From Escherichia coli (GTDB lineage Bacteria > Pseudomonadota > Gammaproteobacteria > Enterobacterales > Enterobacteriaceae): a DNA stretch of 64,000 nt. The stretch is taken from assembly GCF_011045215.1 (NCBI RefSeq), contig NZ_CP049201.1. One strand, 5' to 3'. The stretch's first letter is position 1; every line of letters begins with the position of its first letter. Below the pieces are notes generated by a model. The model saw only the letters and a list, made by a program, of their open reading frames with translations. It did not search any database and was not told the DNA's origin. Positions 1 through 9,954 of the stretch are shown one piece after another. The translations under genes were made by a program, and so were the position numbers.

Positions 1-1
1 T

Positions 2-784
2 ACCACCATTAATCCGGATACCAACGGCGATCTCTCCACGCTCGCCCAGCTTCTTTCCGGCTTTAGCGGTACGGCGGTTGGCGTGGTGAAAGGCGACTGG
101 ATGGCGCTGGTACAGGCGGTTAAAAACGACTCCAGCTCGAACGTTCTCTCCACGCCGAGCATCACCACGCTGGACAACCAGGAAGCCTTCTTCATGGTGG
201 GTCAGGACGTTCCGGTATTAACCGGCTCTACCGTTGGCTCCAATAACAGCAATCCTTTCAATACAGTAGAAAGGAAAAAAGTCGGCATCATGCTGAAAGT
301 CACGCCGCAGATTAACGAAGGTAACGCGGTACAGATGGTGATTGAGCAGGAAGTCTCGAAGGTGGAAGGACAGACCAGCCTCGACGTGGTGTTTGGTGAG
401 CGAAAACTGAAAACCACCGTGCTGGCTAACGATGGTGAACTGATTGTGCTTGGTGGTCTGATGGACGACCAGGCGGGAGAAAGTGTGGCGAAAGTGCCGC
501 TGCTTGGCGATATCCCATTGATTGGTAACCTGTTTAAATCGACGGCGGATAAAAAAGAAAAACGTAACCTGATGGTGTTTATCCGTCCGACCATTCTGCG
601 TGACGGTATGGCGGCAGACGGCGTGTCGCAGCGCAAATATAACTATATGCGCGCCGAACAGATCTATCGCGATGAGCAAGGCTTAAGCCTGATGCCGCAC
701 ACCGCGCAGCCGGTACTGCCAGCGCAAAACCAGGCCTTACCGCCGGAAGTACGTGCGTTCCTTAATGCCGGGAGAACGCGTTAA
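2..784 (+). CDS. gspD: Type II secretion secretin GspD, C-terminal part (5' end lies outside window)
   Basis: Open frame from window start with no stop; conserved secretin C-terminal motifs ([14 protein letters not shown]...); followed directly by gspE with overlapping stop/start. Confidence 0.85.
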   Translation, partial: TTINPDTNGDLSTLAQLLSGFSGTAVGVVKGDWMALVQAVKNDSSSNVLSTPSITTLDNQEAFFMVGQDVPVLTGSTVGSNNSNPFNTVERKKVGIMLKVTPQINEGNAVQMVIEQEVSKVEGQTSLDVVFGERKLKTTVLANDGELIVLGGLMDDQAGESVAKVPLLGDIPLIGNLFKSTADKKEKRNLMVFIRPTILRDGMAADGVSQRKYNYMRAEQIYRDEQGLSLMPHTAQPVLPAQNQALPPEVRAFLNAGRTR

Positions 785-2277
785 TGGTGCCTGTAGCACA
801 GGAAACCACCGCCAACACCGTGCGTCTGCCCTACAGTTTCAGCCGTCGGTTTAGCCTGGTGGCATGGTGCGAAGCGTCGCTGGAGATCCTCCACGTTCAT
901 CCGTTGTCGCTCTCTGTTTTGCAGGAGCTGCAGCGGGGGCTGAACGCGCCCTTTACGCTGCGGCAAATCGACGAGGCCGAATTTGAACAGCGGCTGAATG
1001 CGGTCTGGCAGCGGGACTCTTCCGAGGCCCGCCAGCTGATGGAAGATCTCGGTTCTGCTGAGGACTTTTTTACTCTCGCTGAAGAACTGCCGGAAACGGA
1101 AGATCTGCTGGAAAGCGACGACGACGCGCCAATCATCAAACTGATCAACGCTATGCTGGCAGAGGCGATTAAAGAAGGCGCTTCGGATATTCACATCGAG
1201 ACATTTGAAAAGAGTCTGGTGATCCGTTTTCGTGTTGACGGCACATTACATGAAATGCTGCGCCCGGGGCGCAAACTGGCCTCGCTGCTGGTATCGCGTA
1301 TTAAGGTGATGGCGCGGCTGGATATTGCCGAAAAGCGCGTACCGCAGGATGGGCGTATTGCGCTGCTGCTGGGCGGTCGGGCGATTGACGTGCGTGTCTC
1401 CACCATGCCTTCTGCCTGGGGCGAGCGCGTGGTGCTGCGACTGCTGGACAAAAACCAGGCCCGCCTGACGCTGGAGCGTCTGGGGCTTAGCCAGCAACTG
1501 ACCGCGCAGTTGCGCCAGCTGTTACACAAACCGCACGGCATCTTTCTGGTGACGGGGCCGACGGGTTCCGGCAAAAGCACCACGCTGTACGCCGGATTGC
1601 AGGCGCTGAACAACCATTCGCGCAACATTCTCACGGTTGAAGACCCCATCGAATACATGATTGAAGGGATCGGTCAGACGCAGGTTAACACCCGCGTCGG
1701 CATGACCTTCGCCCGTGGCCTGCGCGCGATTTTGCGTCAGGACCCGGATGTGGTGATGGTCGGTGAAATCCGCGATACCGAAACCGCAGAAATTGCCGTC
1801 CAGGCATCGCTTACAGGGCACCTGGTCCTTTCCACGCTGCATACCAACACGGCGGTGGGGGCGATCACGCGTTTGCAGGATATGGGCGTGGAGCCTTTCC
1901 TGCTCTCTTCCAGTCTGACAGGTGTGATGGCGCAGCGGCTGGTTCGGACGCTGTGTCCCGACTGCCGTCAGGCCGCGCCTGCGACTGACGAAGAAAAACG
2001 CCTGCTGGGAATTACCGACGCCCGTACCGTCACTCTGTACCATCCACAGGGCTGTCCCGCCTGTAATCACAAAGGTTTTCGCGGACGGACTGCCATCCAT
2101 GAGCTGATCGTGGTGGATGCCACATTGCGTGATTTGATCCACCGTCAGGCCGGGGAGCTGGAGCTGGAACGTTATGTCCGACAACACTCTGCGGGTATCC
2201 GCAGTAACGGCATTGAGAAAGTGCTCGCCGGAGAAACCTCTCTCGATGAAGTTCTGCGGGTAACCATGGAGGCGTAA
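784..2277 (+). CDS. gspE: Type II secretion ATPase GspE
   Basis: 497 aa; Walker [10 protein letters not shown], GspE-type C-terminal CxxC pairs (CPDC...CPAC); operon position. Confidence 0.9.
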   Translation: MVPVAQETTANTVRLPYSFSRRFSLVAWCEASLEILHVHPLSLSVLQELQRGLNAPFTLRQIDEAEFEQRLNAVWQRDSSEARQLMEDLGSAEDFFTLAEELPETEDLLESDDDAPIIKLINAMLAEAIKEGASDIHIETFEKSLVIRFRVDGTLHEMLRPGRKLASLLVSRIKVMARLDIAEKRVPQDGRIALLLGGRAIDVRVSTMPSAWGERVVLRLLDKNQARLTLERLGLSQQLTAQLRQLLHKPHGIFLVTGPTGSGKSTTLYAGLQALNNHSRNILTVEDPIEYMIEGIGQTQVNTRVGMTFARGLRAILRQDPDVVMVGEIRDTETAEIAVQASLTGHLVLSTLHTNTAVGAITRLQDMGVEPFLLSSSLTGVMAQRLVRTLCPDCRQAAPATDEEKRLLGITDARTVTLYHPQGCPACNHKGFRGRTAIHELIVVDATLRDLIHRQAGELELERYVRQHSAGIRSNGIEKVLAGETSLDEVLRVTMEA

Positions 2278-3500
2278 TGGCACTGTTTTACTATCAGGCG
2301 CTGGAGCGTAATGGTCGCAAAACCAAAGGTATGATTGAGGCGGATTCCGCGCGTCATGCCCGCCAGTTGTTGCGCGGTAAAGAGCTTATCCCCGTGCATA
2401 TTGAAGCCCGGATAAATACTTCGTCAGGGGGGATGTTGCAGCGTCGGCGGCACGCACATCGTCGCGTGGCGGCGGCAGATCTGGCGCTGTTCACGCGCCA
2501 ACTGGCAACGTTAGTACAGGCAGCAATGCCGCTGGAAACCTGCTTACAGGCGGTCAGTGAGCAAAGTGAAAAACTGCATGTAAAAAGCCTCGGAATGGCG
2601 CTGCGCAGCCGGATTCAGGAAGGTTACACCCTGTCGGACAGCCTGCGCGAACATCCCCGCGTCTTTGATTCCCTGTTTTGTTCGATGGTGGCTGCCGGAG
2701 AAAAATCCGGGCATCTCGACGTGGTGCTTAATCGCCTGGCGGATTACACCGAACAGCGACAGCGCCTGAAATCACGTCTATTGCAGGCCATGCTCTATCC
2801 GCTGGTTCTGCTGGTGGTGGCAACGGGCGTGGTCACTATTTTGCTGACGGCAGTGGTGCCGAAAATCATCGAACAGTTCGATCACCTCGGACACGCGCTG
2901 CCCGCCACCACCCGCGCGCTTATCGCCATGAGTGACACGTTACAGGACAGCGGCGTTTACTGGCTGGCGGGATTGCTGGGGCTTCTGGTGTTGGGGCAAC
3001 GGCTACTCAAAAATCCTGCGATGCGCCTGCGCTGGGATAAAACCTTGCTGCGCCTGCCTGTGACGGGGCGTGTTGCGCGCGGGCTGAATACGGCGCGTTT
3101 TTCCCGCACATTAAGCATCCTCACCGCCAGCAGTGTTCCGCTACTGGAAGGCATTCAGACCGCTGCCGCCGTGTCGGCAAATCGTTATGTCGAGCAACAA
3201 CTGCTGCTGGCGGCAGATCGCGTCCGCGAAGGAAGCAGTCTGCGCGCTGCGCTGGCGGAGTTGCGCCTGTTCCCCCCGATGATGCTGTACATGATCGCCT
3301 CCGGCGAACAGAGCGGCGAACTGGAAACCATGCTTGAACAGGCCGCAGTTAACCAGGAGCGGGAATTTGATACCCAGGTGGGGCTGGCGTTGGGGCTGTT
3401 TGAGCCGGCGCTGGTGGTGATGATGGCGGGCGTGGTGCTGTTTATCGTCATCGCCATCCTCGAGCCGATGCTGCAACTGAACAATATGGTTGGAATGTAA
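2277..3500 (+). CDS. gspF: Type II secretion inner-membrane platform protein GspF
   Basis: 407 aa, polytopic membrane protein with GspF-like duplicated domains; start overlaps gspE stop. Confidence 0.9.
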   Translation: MALFYYQALERNGRKTKGMIEADSARHARQLLRGKELIPVHIEARINTSSGGMLQRRRHAHRRVAAADLALFTRQLATLVQAAMPLETCLQAVSEQSEKLHVKSLGMALRSRIQEGYTLSDSLREHPRVFDSLFCSMVAAGEKSGHLDVVLNRLADYTEQRQRLKSRLLQAMLYPLVLLVVATGVVTILLTAVVPKIIEQFDHLGHALPATTRALIAMSDTLQDSGVYWLAGLLGLLVLGQRLLKNPAMRLRWDKTLLRLPVTGRVARGLNTARFSRTLSILTASSVPLLEGIQTAAAVSANRYVEQQLLLAADRVREGSSLRAALAELRLFPPMMLYMIASGEQSGELETMLEQAAVNQEREFDTQVGLALGLFEPALVVMMAGVVLFIVIAILEPMLQLNNMVGM

Positions 3501-3516
3501 TTTACGGAGTTATCAC

Positions 3517-3972
3517 ATGAATTCGTTATCCCGCACACAAAAACCACGGGCAGGTTTTACCCTGCTGGAAGTGATGGTGGTGATTGTTATTCTTGGCGTC
3601 CTGGCAAGTCTGGTGGTGCCTAACCTGTTGGGCAACAAAGAGAAAGCCGATCGGCAAAAAGCCATCAGCGATATCGTGGCGCTGGAAAACGCACTGGATA
3701 TGTACCGACTGGATAACGGGCGTTATCCGACCACAGAACAGGGGCTTGAGGCGCTGATCCAGCAACCGGCCAATATGGCGGATTCCCGCAACTACCGTAC
3801 CGGTGGGTACATTAAACGACTGCCAAAAGATCCGTGGGGCAATGATTATCAGTATCTCAGTCCGGGTGAAAAAGGACTGTTTGATGTTTACACCCTGGGG
3901 GCGGATGGTCAGGAAAATGGGGAAGGCGCTGGCGCAGATATCGGTAACTGGAATTTGCAGGAGTTTCAGTAA
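3517..3972 (+). CDS. gspG: Major pseudopilin GspG
   Basis: Prepilin leader and GFTLLEVMVV motif; ATG at 3517 with GGAG 8 nt upstream (ORF track begins at a TTG at 3490). Confidence 0.9.
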   Translation: MNSLSRTQKPRAGFTLLEVMVVIVILGVLASLVVPNLLGNKEKADRQKAISDIVALENALDMYRLDNGRYPTTEQGLEALIQQPANMADSRNYRTGGYIKRLPKDPWGNDYQYLSPGEKGLFDVYTLGADGQENGEGAGADIGNWNLQEFQ

Positions 3973-3975
3973 GCA

Positions 3976-4539
3976 GTGCCTGAACGCGGATTCACACTTC
4001 TGGAAATCATGCTGGTGATTTTCCTTATCGGCCTTGCCAGTGCGGGCGTGGTACAGACGTTTGCGACCGATTCTGAATCGCCCGCGAAAAAAGCGGCGCA
4101 GGATTTTCTGACTCGCTCTGCGCAGTTTAAAGACAGGGCAGTGATCGAAGGGCAGACACTCGGTGTACTAATCGACCCGCCGGGATACCAGTTTATGCAG
4201 CGTCGTCAGGGGCAGTGGTTGCCCGTTTCTGCGACCCGGTTATCGGCACAGGTTACGGTGCCGAAACAGGTGCAGATGCTGTTACAACCCGGAAGTGATA
4301 TCTGGCAGAAGGAATATACGCTGGAGCTGCAACGTCGCCGCCTGACGCTGCACGATATTGAACTGGAGCTGCAAAAAGAGGCGAAAAAGAAGACGCCGCA
4401 GATCCGTTTTTCGCCTTTTGAACCCGGTACGCCGTTTACGCTGCGCTTCTACTCGGCGGCGCAAAACGCATGTTGGGCGGTAAAACTGGCACACGATGGC
4501 GCGTTATCCCTCAATCAATGTGATGAGAGGATGCCATGA
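3976..4539 (+). CDS. gspH: Minor pseudopilin GspH
   Basis: GTG start; N-terminal GFTLLEIMLV prepilin motif; operon position. Confidence 0.8.
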   Translation: MPERGFTLLEIMLVIFLIGLASAGVVQTFATDSESPAKKAAQDFLTRSAQFKDRAVIEGQTLGVLIDPPGYQFMQRRQGQWLPVSATRLSAQVTVPKQVQMLLQPGSDIWQKEYTLELQRRRLTLHDIELELQKEAKKKTPQIRFSPFEPGTPFTLRFYSAAQNACWAVKLAHDGALSLNQCDERMP

Positions 4540-4907
4540 AGCGCGGATTTACCTTGCTGGAAGTGATGCTCGCGCTGGCGATTTTTGCGCTGGCTGCCAC
4601 GGCGGTGTTACAGATTGCCAGCGGTGCGCTGAGTAATCAGCACATTCTTGAGGAGAAAACGGTAGCTGGCTGGGTGGCTGAAAACCAGACCGCATTGCTC
4701 TACCTGATGTCCCGCGAGCAGCGGGCGGTCAGGCATCAGGGCGAGAGCGATATGGCAGGAAGCCGCTGGTACTGGCGAACCACACCGCTGAATACAGGTA
4801 ACGCGCTGCTCCAGGCGGTGGATATTGAAGTCAGCCGTCACGAAGACTTTTCGTCGGTGATTCAGTCACGACGCGCCTGGTTTAGCGCCGTGGGAGGCCA
4901 ACAGTGA
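4536..4907 (+). CDS. gspI: Minor pseudopilin GspI
   Basis: 123 aa, N-terminal GFTLLEVMLA prepilin motif; overlaps gspH stop. Confidence 0.8.
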   Translation: MKRGFTLLEVMLALAIFALAATAVLQIASGALSNQHILEEKTVAGWVAENQTALLYLMSREQRAVRHQGESDMAGSRWYWRTTPLNTGNALLQAVDIEVSRHEDFSSVIQSRRAWFSAVGGQQ

Positions 4908-5509
4908 GAAGGACTCGCGCTGGTTTCACGTTACTGGAAATGCTGGTGGCGATAGCCATTTTTGCCTCGCTGGCACTGATGGCTCAGCAGGTGACAAACG
5001 GCGTCACACGCGTGAATAGCGCCGTCGCCGGACACGATCAAAAACTAAACCTCATGCAGCAAACGATGAGTTTTCTGACCCACGATCTGACCCAAATGAT
5101 GCCGCGTCCGGTAAGGGGCGCTCAGGGCCAGCGTGAACCAGCGTTACTGGCGGGCGCTGGCGTGCTGGCGTCTGAGAGTGAAGGGATGCGCTTTGTACGC
5201 GGCGGCGTGGTTAATCCGTTGATGCGTCTGCCACGCAGTCATCTGCTCACCGTCGGTTACCGCATTCATGACGGTTATCTCGAACGGTTAGCCTGGCCGC
5301 TGACCGACGCAGCTGGCAGTGTGAAGCCAACAACGCAAAAGTTGATTCCGGCGGATTCGCTCCGTTTGCAGTTTTACGACGGCACGCGCTGGCAGGAGAA
5401 CTGGTCATCACTTCAGGCGATCCCAGTGGCGGTGCGCATGACCCTGCATTCGCCGCAATGGGGCGAGATTGAACGCATCTGGTTGTTACGCGGGCCGCAA
5501 TTATCATGA
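4904..5509 (+). CDS. gspJ: Minor pseudopilin GspJ
   Basis: 201 aa, N-terminal GFTLLEMLVA prepilin motif; translationally coupled to neighbours. Confidence 0.8.
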   Translation: MRRTRAGFTLLEMLVAIAIFASLALMAQQVTNGVTRVNSAVAGHDQKLNLMQQTMSFLTHDLTQMMPRPVRGAQGQREPALLAGAGVLASESEGMRFVRGGVVNPLMRLPRSHLLTVGYRIHDGYLERLAWPLTDAAGSVKPTTQKLIPADSLRLQFYDGTRWQENWSSLQAIPVAVRMTLHSPQWGEIERIWLLRGPQLS

Positions 5510-6483
5510 TCACCTCACCACCAAAACGCGGAATGGCACTGGTCGTGGTGCTGGTATTGCTGACGGTCATGATGATGGTAACCATCACGCTTTCCGGGCG
5601 GATGCAGCAACAACTTGGGCGAACGCGCAGCCAGCAGGAGTACCAGCAGGCGCTGTGGTACAGCGCCAGTGCAGAAAGCCTTGCGTTGAGCGCACTCAGT
5701 CTGAGCCTGAAAAATGAAAAGCGCGTGCATCTGGCACAACCGTGGGCTTCTGGCCCTCGTTTTTTCCCACTGCCGCAGGGGCAAATCGCCGTCACTCTGC
5801 GTGACGCACAGGCCTGCTTTAACCTGAATGCCCTCGCTCAGCCGACGACGGCGTCGCGTCCGCTCGCGTTACAACAATTGATTGCCCTGATCTCGCGCCT
5901 CGATGTGCCTGCTTATCGGGCCGAACTGATAGCCGAAAGCCTGTGGGAGTTTATTGATGAAGACCGCAGCGTGCAGACGCGTCTGGGCCGTGAAGACAGC
6001 GAATATCTCGCCCGCTCGGTGCCTTTCTACGCCGCCAATCAACCGCTGGCCGATATCAGCGAGATGCGCGTGGTGCAGGGAATGGACGCCGGGCTTTATC
6101 AAAAACTGAAACCGCTGGTCTGTGCGCTGCCGATGACCCGCCAGCAAATCAACATCAATACTTTAGACGTCACGCAAAGTGTGATTCTTGAGGCGCTGTT
6201 TGACCCGTGGTTAAGCCCTGTTCAGGCGCGGGCGTTATTACAACAACGTCCGGCGAAGGGCTGGGAAGATGTCGATCAGTTTCTTGCACAGCCGCTACTT
6301 GCTGACGTCGATGAGCGTACTAAAAAACAGCTAAAAACCGTCCTGAGCGTGGAAAGCAATTACTTCTGGCTGCGTTCAGATATCACCGTGAATGAGATTG
6401 AACTGACGATGAATTCGTTAATTGTCCGCATGGGCCCACAACACTTTTCTGTTATCTGGCATCAGACAGGAGAAAGTGAGTGA
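5506..6483 (+). CDS. gspK: Minor pseudopilin GspK
   Basis: 325 aa, N-terminal hydrophobic segment, size and position typical of GspK. Confidence 0.75.
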   Translation: MITSPPKRGMALVVVLVLLTVMMMVTITLSGRMQQQLGRTRSQQEYQQALWYSASAESLALSALSLSLKNEKRVHLAQPWASGPRFFPLPQGQIAVTLRDAQACFNLNALAQPTTASRPLALQQLIALISRLDVPAYRAELIAESLWEFIDEDRSVQTRLGREDSEYLARSVPFYAANQPLADISEMRVVQGMDAGLYQKLKPLVCALPMTRQQININTLDVTQSVILEALFDPWLSPVQARALLQQRPAKGWEDVDQFLAQPLLADVDERTKKQLKTVLSVESNYFWLRSDITVNEIELTMNSLIVRMGPQHFSVIWHQTGESE

Positions 6484-7658
6484 GTTCCATCCTTGAGATT
6501 TTTTTCCCACTTTGCGCCGCTAATCCCATCCGTTGGCAGCGCCGTACTCCCGACGTGGAGCACGGTATCTGGCCTGACGTTGCTGACGAACGTCTCCAAC
6601 AATGGCTGCAAACTGATGCGATTCGACTCTACATTCCCGGCGAATGGATCAGCATCTGGCAGGTTGAACTGCCTGATGTCCCTCGCAAGCAGATACCAAC
6701 TATTCTGCCCGCCTTACTGGAAGAAGAGCTGAACCAGGATATCGATGAACTGCATTTCGCCCCGTTGAAAATCGACCAGCAACTGGCAACCGTGGCAGTG
6801 ATTCACCAACAGCATATGCGCAACATTGCGCAGTGGTTGCAGGAAAACGGCATCACCCGCGCTACCGTCGCGCCAGACTGGATGTCTATTCCTTGTGGAT
6901 TTATGGCTGGCGATGCGCAACGGGTTATCTGCCGCATCGATGAATGCCGGGGATGGAGCGCCGGGCGGGCGCTGGCTCCGGTCATGTTCCGCGCCCAGCT
7001 AAATGAGCAGGATTTACCGCTTTCGCTAACCGTAGTCGGCATTGCACCGGAAGAGCTATCAGCATGGGCTGGCGCAGATGCTGAACGCCTGACCGTTACG
7101 GCTCTGCCCGCCATTACCACTTATGGCGAACCGGAAGGGAACCTGCTAACAGGGCCGTGGCAGCCTCGCGTCAGCTACCGAAAACAGTGGGCGCGCTGGC
7201 GAGTGATGATTCTGCCGATATTGCTGATTCTGGTTGCGCTGGCAGTGGAACGGGGCGTGACGTTATGGAGCGTCAGCGAACAGGTGGCGCAAAGCCGCGA
7301 CCAGGCTGAGAAACAGTTCTTAACGTTGTTCCCGGAGCAGAAGCGGATTGTGAATTTACGCTCTCAGGTGACGATGGCGCTGAAAAAATATCGCCCACAG
7401 GCCGACGATACCCGGCTGCTCGCCGAGTTGTCAGCGATAGCCAGCACCCTGAAATCAGCGTCACTTTCCGACATCGAAATGTGTGGTTTCACCTTTGATC
7501 AAAAACGCCAGACGCTTCACCTCCAGTTGCGGGCAGCAAACTTTGCCAGTTTCGACAAACTGCGTAGTGCACTGGCAACCGATTATGTTGTGCAACAGGA
7601 CGCGTTACAGAAAGAAGGTGATGCGGTTTCCGGCGGCGTAATGTTGCGGAGGAAATAA
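6480..7658 (+). CDS. gspL: Type II secretion protein GspL
   Basis: 392 aa, single central TM segment, position between gspK and gspM. Confidence 0.75.
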   Translation: MSSILEIFFPLCAANPIRWQRRTPDVEHGIWPDVADERLQQWLQTDAIRLYIPGEWISIWQVELPDVPRKQIPTILPALLEEELNQDIDELHFAPLKIDQQLATVAVIHQQHMRNIAQWLQENGITRATVAPDWMSIPCGFMAGDAQRVICRIDECRGWSAGRALAPVMFRAQLNEQDLPLSLTVVGIAPEELSAWAGADAERLTVTALPAITTYGEPEGNLLTGPWQPRVSYRKQWARWRVMILPILLILVALAVERGVTLWSVSEQVAQSRDQAEKQFLTLFPEQKRIVNLRSQVTMALKKYRPQADDTRLLAELSAIASTLKSASLSDIEMCGFTFDQKRQTLHLQLRAANFASFDKLRSALATDYVVQQDALQKEGDAVSGGVMLRRK

Positions 7659-7659
7659 C

Positions 7660-8196
7660 ATGTTACGCGATAAATTTATTCACTATTTTCAGCAATGGCG
7701 TGAACGCCAGTTAAGCCGTGGCGAACACTGGCTGGCACAACACCTGGCGGGGCGTTCTCCGCGTGAAAAGGGCATGTTACTGGCAGCGGTGGTGTTCCTG
7801 TTTAGCGTCGGATATTACGTCCTCATCTGGCAGCCGTTGAGCGAACGGATAGAACAACAGGAGACGATGTTGCAGCAGCTGGTGGCAATGAACACCCGAC
7901 TGAAGAACGCCGCGCCGGATATTATTGCAGCGCGAAAATCTGCCACAACAACGCCTGCGCAGGTATCGCGGGTCATCAGTGACAGTGCTTCCGCGCACTC
8001 GGTGGTCATCAGGCGGATAGCCGAGCGTGGGGAGAATATTCAGGTCTGGATAGAACCTGTGGTGTTTAATGACCTGCTGAAATGGTTAAACGCACTGGAT
8101 GAAAAATATGCGCTGCGGGTGACACAAATTGATGTCAGTGCTGCTGAGAAGCCTGGGATGGTGAATGTGCAGCGGCTGGAGTTTGGACGGGGGTAA
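7660..8196 (+). CDS. gspM: Type II secretion protein GspM (K-12 YghD-like)
   Basis: 178 aa, N-terminal TM helix, last gene of operon; sits 148 bp from the tRNA-Phe remnant, matching my recollection of the K-12 yghD-pheV spacing. Confidence 0.75.
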   Translation: MLRDKFIHYFQQWRERQLSRGEHWLAQHLAGRSPREKGMLLAAVVFLFSVGYYVLIWQPLSERIEQQETMLQQLVAMNTRLKNAAPDIIAARKSATTTPAQVSRVISDSASAHSVVIRRIAERGENIQVWIEPVVFNDLLKWLNALDEKYALRVTQIDVSAAEKPGMVNVQRLEFGRG

Positions 8197-8222
8197 AGTA
8201 TCAGGAGATTAATATCAATAAC

Positions 8223-8251
8223 ATTACTCTCGTTAACGTGGCGAGAGTAAT
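8223..8251. other. Perfect 10-bp inverted repeat (ATTACTCTCG / CGAGAGTAAT, 9-nt loop) after gspM
   Basis: Read directly; no U-run follows, so function as terminator is unproven. Confidence 0.3.
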
Positions 8252-8299
8252 TCCCCCAGACTTTATAAGCTAATTTTTTTCGTGAAGGTTATTGTCAGA

Positions 8300-8332
8300 T
8301 CCAAAAGCAAAAACCCGCCTTGTGGGCGGGTT
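8300..8332 (-). terminator. Rho-independent terminator downstream of the tRNA-Phe remnant
   Basis: GC stem CCCGCC/GGCGGG (8314-8330) followed on the minus strand by TTTTGCTTTTGG. Confidence 0.5.
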
Positions 8333-8343
8333 CTTAAGAATTA

Positions 8344-8362
8344 GTGGTGCCCGGACTCGGAA
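8344..8362 (-). repeat. 19-nt remnant of the tRNA-Phe 3' end (attachment-site core); not an intact tRNA
   Basis: TGGTGCCCGGACTCGGAAT is the reverse complement of the last 19 nt of E. coli tRNA-Phe including CCA; the match stops at nt 20. Confidence 0.65.
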
Positions 8363-8550
8363 TGAAACTGGTTATATAACCAATTGTTTTGTATTGACTG
8401 TTTTGCCTTTGCTGTTTTCGGGGCCACCAATGAGGCCCCCATGTGCAATTCGAATTCTTTTGACGCTATAATCCCTCTTTTTTGTGCTTTGCTGTAATCA
8501 TTTTGTCTGGTTCGATGTGTTGATGCGCGGAGTCGTACTTAACGCATTTG

Positions 8551-9498
8551 TTAGCTGGTCAGAACACTCAATGCTGTTTGTCTGAAACAGGAGTAGGCTT
8601 CTTCCCAGTCAATCTGTGTATTACCAAATACCATCGGTTTAACAAACCGTTGAAAACGCAATTTGTGTACAGGATCATCCCGGAGTGCATCCAGCCCTTT
8701 CTTAAGTTCATCAACTGGTGAGCTACAAAATTGTGGGTACTGGTTACCATAGCGTTCAATATCCTGTTGAATACATATCTGAACAAAATTTTTCAATACA
8801 GGAACATTCACACCTTTTTCCCTGACAATGCAGTAGTTGTCGTAAATGTGACGTACCAGGAACTCATCATCCTGTTGTTCGGGATTACGAAGATGTGCTG
8901 CTGTTCTTCGCATCATGGAGATGAGCTTTTCAGCCTGAGTGGACAAAATGGTGGCACAGGGGAATGCTGTTACAGGTGTACCTTTACCCGTTAACTCCGT
9001 GACAAGTGAATAAATATCTCTGCTTTCCGGATGTTCCAGCAGGGTGCTTTCCATCAACTCCAGCTTAATAAATGGACGAAGACAGGGGACTTGCGCAAAT
9101 GTCTGGGGATAACGTACCGAGATTTCGTTATAACGATACTCATCACGTGTTATACGGGCGTTTTCATTATCCAGGCTGAAAATGTCAGAATTATTAATAA
9201 CATCCGTGATTATTTGCACGATTTTCTTGCGAATTTTTCTTCTCTTGTCTCTGCCATTTTGCATAAAGTTCTCTGTTGGCACGAGCTTTATATCAATATC
9301 TTCTGACATTCTGTTCAATGAGATACCTGCTTTTGACAATGCGGTACCTCCTGCAAACACGAGAGTATGTGTTTCTGGTTTTATTTCTTTTAGTAACTTT
9401 AAAAGATTAACCACAAAATAATCTTTTTCGACGATAGCGACAGATTCAATATCCAGTGCGTTGGCAACGTCAGGAAATAATGATGTTAATTCAGGCAT
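8551..9498 (-). CDS. AbiEii-family nucleotidyltransferase (toxin of an AbiE-type TA/abortive-infection pair)
   Basis: 315 aa with the GGTAL...R.SEDIDI nucleotidyltransferase signature; overlaps the upstream AbiEi-like gene by 8 nt. Confidence 0.7.
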   Translation of the reverse strand: MPELTSLFPDVANALDIESVAIVEKDYFVVNLLKLLKEIKPETHTLVFAGGTALSKAGISLNRMSEDIDIKLVPTENFMQNGRDKRRKIRKKIVQIITDVINNSDIFSLDNENARITRDEYRYNEISVRYPQTFAQVPCLRPFIKLELMESTLLEHPESRDIYSLVTELTGKGTPVTAFPCATILSTQAEKLISMMRRTAAHLRNPEQQDDEFLVRHIYDNYCIVREKGVNVPVLKNFVQICIQQDIERYGNQYPQFCSSPVDELKKGLDALRDDPVHKLRFQRFVKPMVFGNTQIDWEEAYSCFRQTALSVLTS

Positions 9499-9886
9499 TG
9501 ATTTTACTTTTCCCTACAACTAACACTCTTTTAAAGCGAGGAGGTGTTTTGAACTCCGGAGACACCGGAATCTGTGTGGACTGACCTTTATTGTAGCATT
9601 CTGTTGCGCCGATCAAGCTGTATCTGATATTCAAAAGATCCAGGGCTTCGGTGATTACAGCAGCAGAGCCACCAGGTGCTGCAGGCATTATTTTTCCTGT
9701 AATAACGTTGCGACGGGCTTTGGTGTAAACACCATAGCCCACCTTCATCAACTTACCTTCGTTTACCAGTGTACGAAGAGCTCTGCCAACCTGATCATAG
9801 CCAGCGATATCCCTGAAGTCATCCCGGGTGAACACATAACGCTTTGAACGGTTCAGTCGGGACTGAATACGGTCTTTTGTAGTCAT
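9491..9886 (-). CDS. AbiEi-family antitoxin / winged-helix regulator
   Basis: ~131 aa from the ATG at 9886 (GGAGG upstream); wHTH-like N-terminus; operon partner of the AbiEii gene. Confidence 0.55.
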   Translation of the reverse strand: MTTKDRIQSRLNRSKRYVFTRDDFRDIAGYDQVGRALRTLVNEGKLMKVGYGVYTKARRNVITGKIMPAAPGGSAAVITEALDLLNIRYSLIGATECYNKGQSTQIPVSPEFKTPPRFKRVLVVGKSKINA

Positions 9887-9954
9887 GCTTCCTCCGAAAA
9901 ATATTAAGAATGATAGCAACAATACGGCATGTTTAATAGCGGGGCAGGGTCACA

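Noticed and set aside
202-7998. Numerous antisense or overlapping ORFs of 60-250 aa inside the gsp genes (for example 202-636, 1191-1658, 1522-2283, 3141-3476, 5247-5795 on the minus strand)
   Set aside because: They lie entirely within well-supported gsp coding frames, lack recognisable motifs and are explained by high GC content reducing stop codons; treated as shadow ORFs.
8344-8420. Possible intact tRNA-Phe gene on the minus strand
   Set aside because: Only the terminal 19 nt match tRNA-Phe; the sequence diverges at nt 20, so this is an attachment-site remnant, not a functional tRNA.
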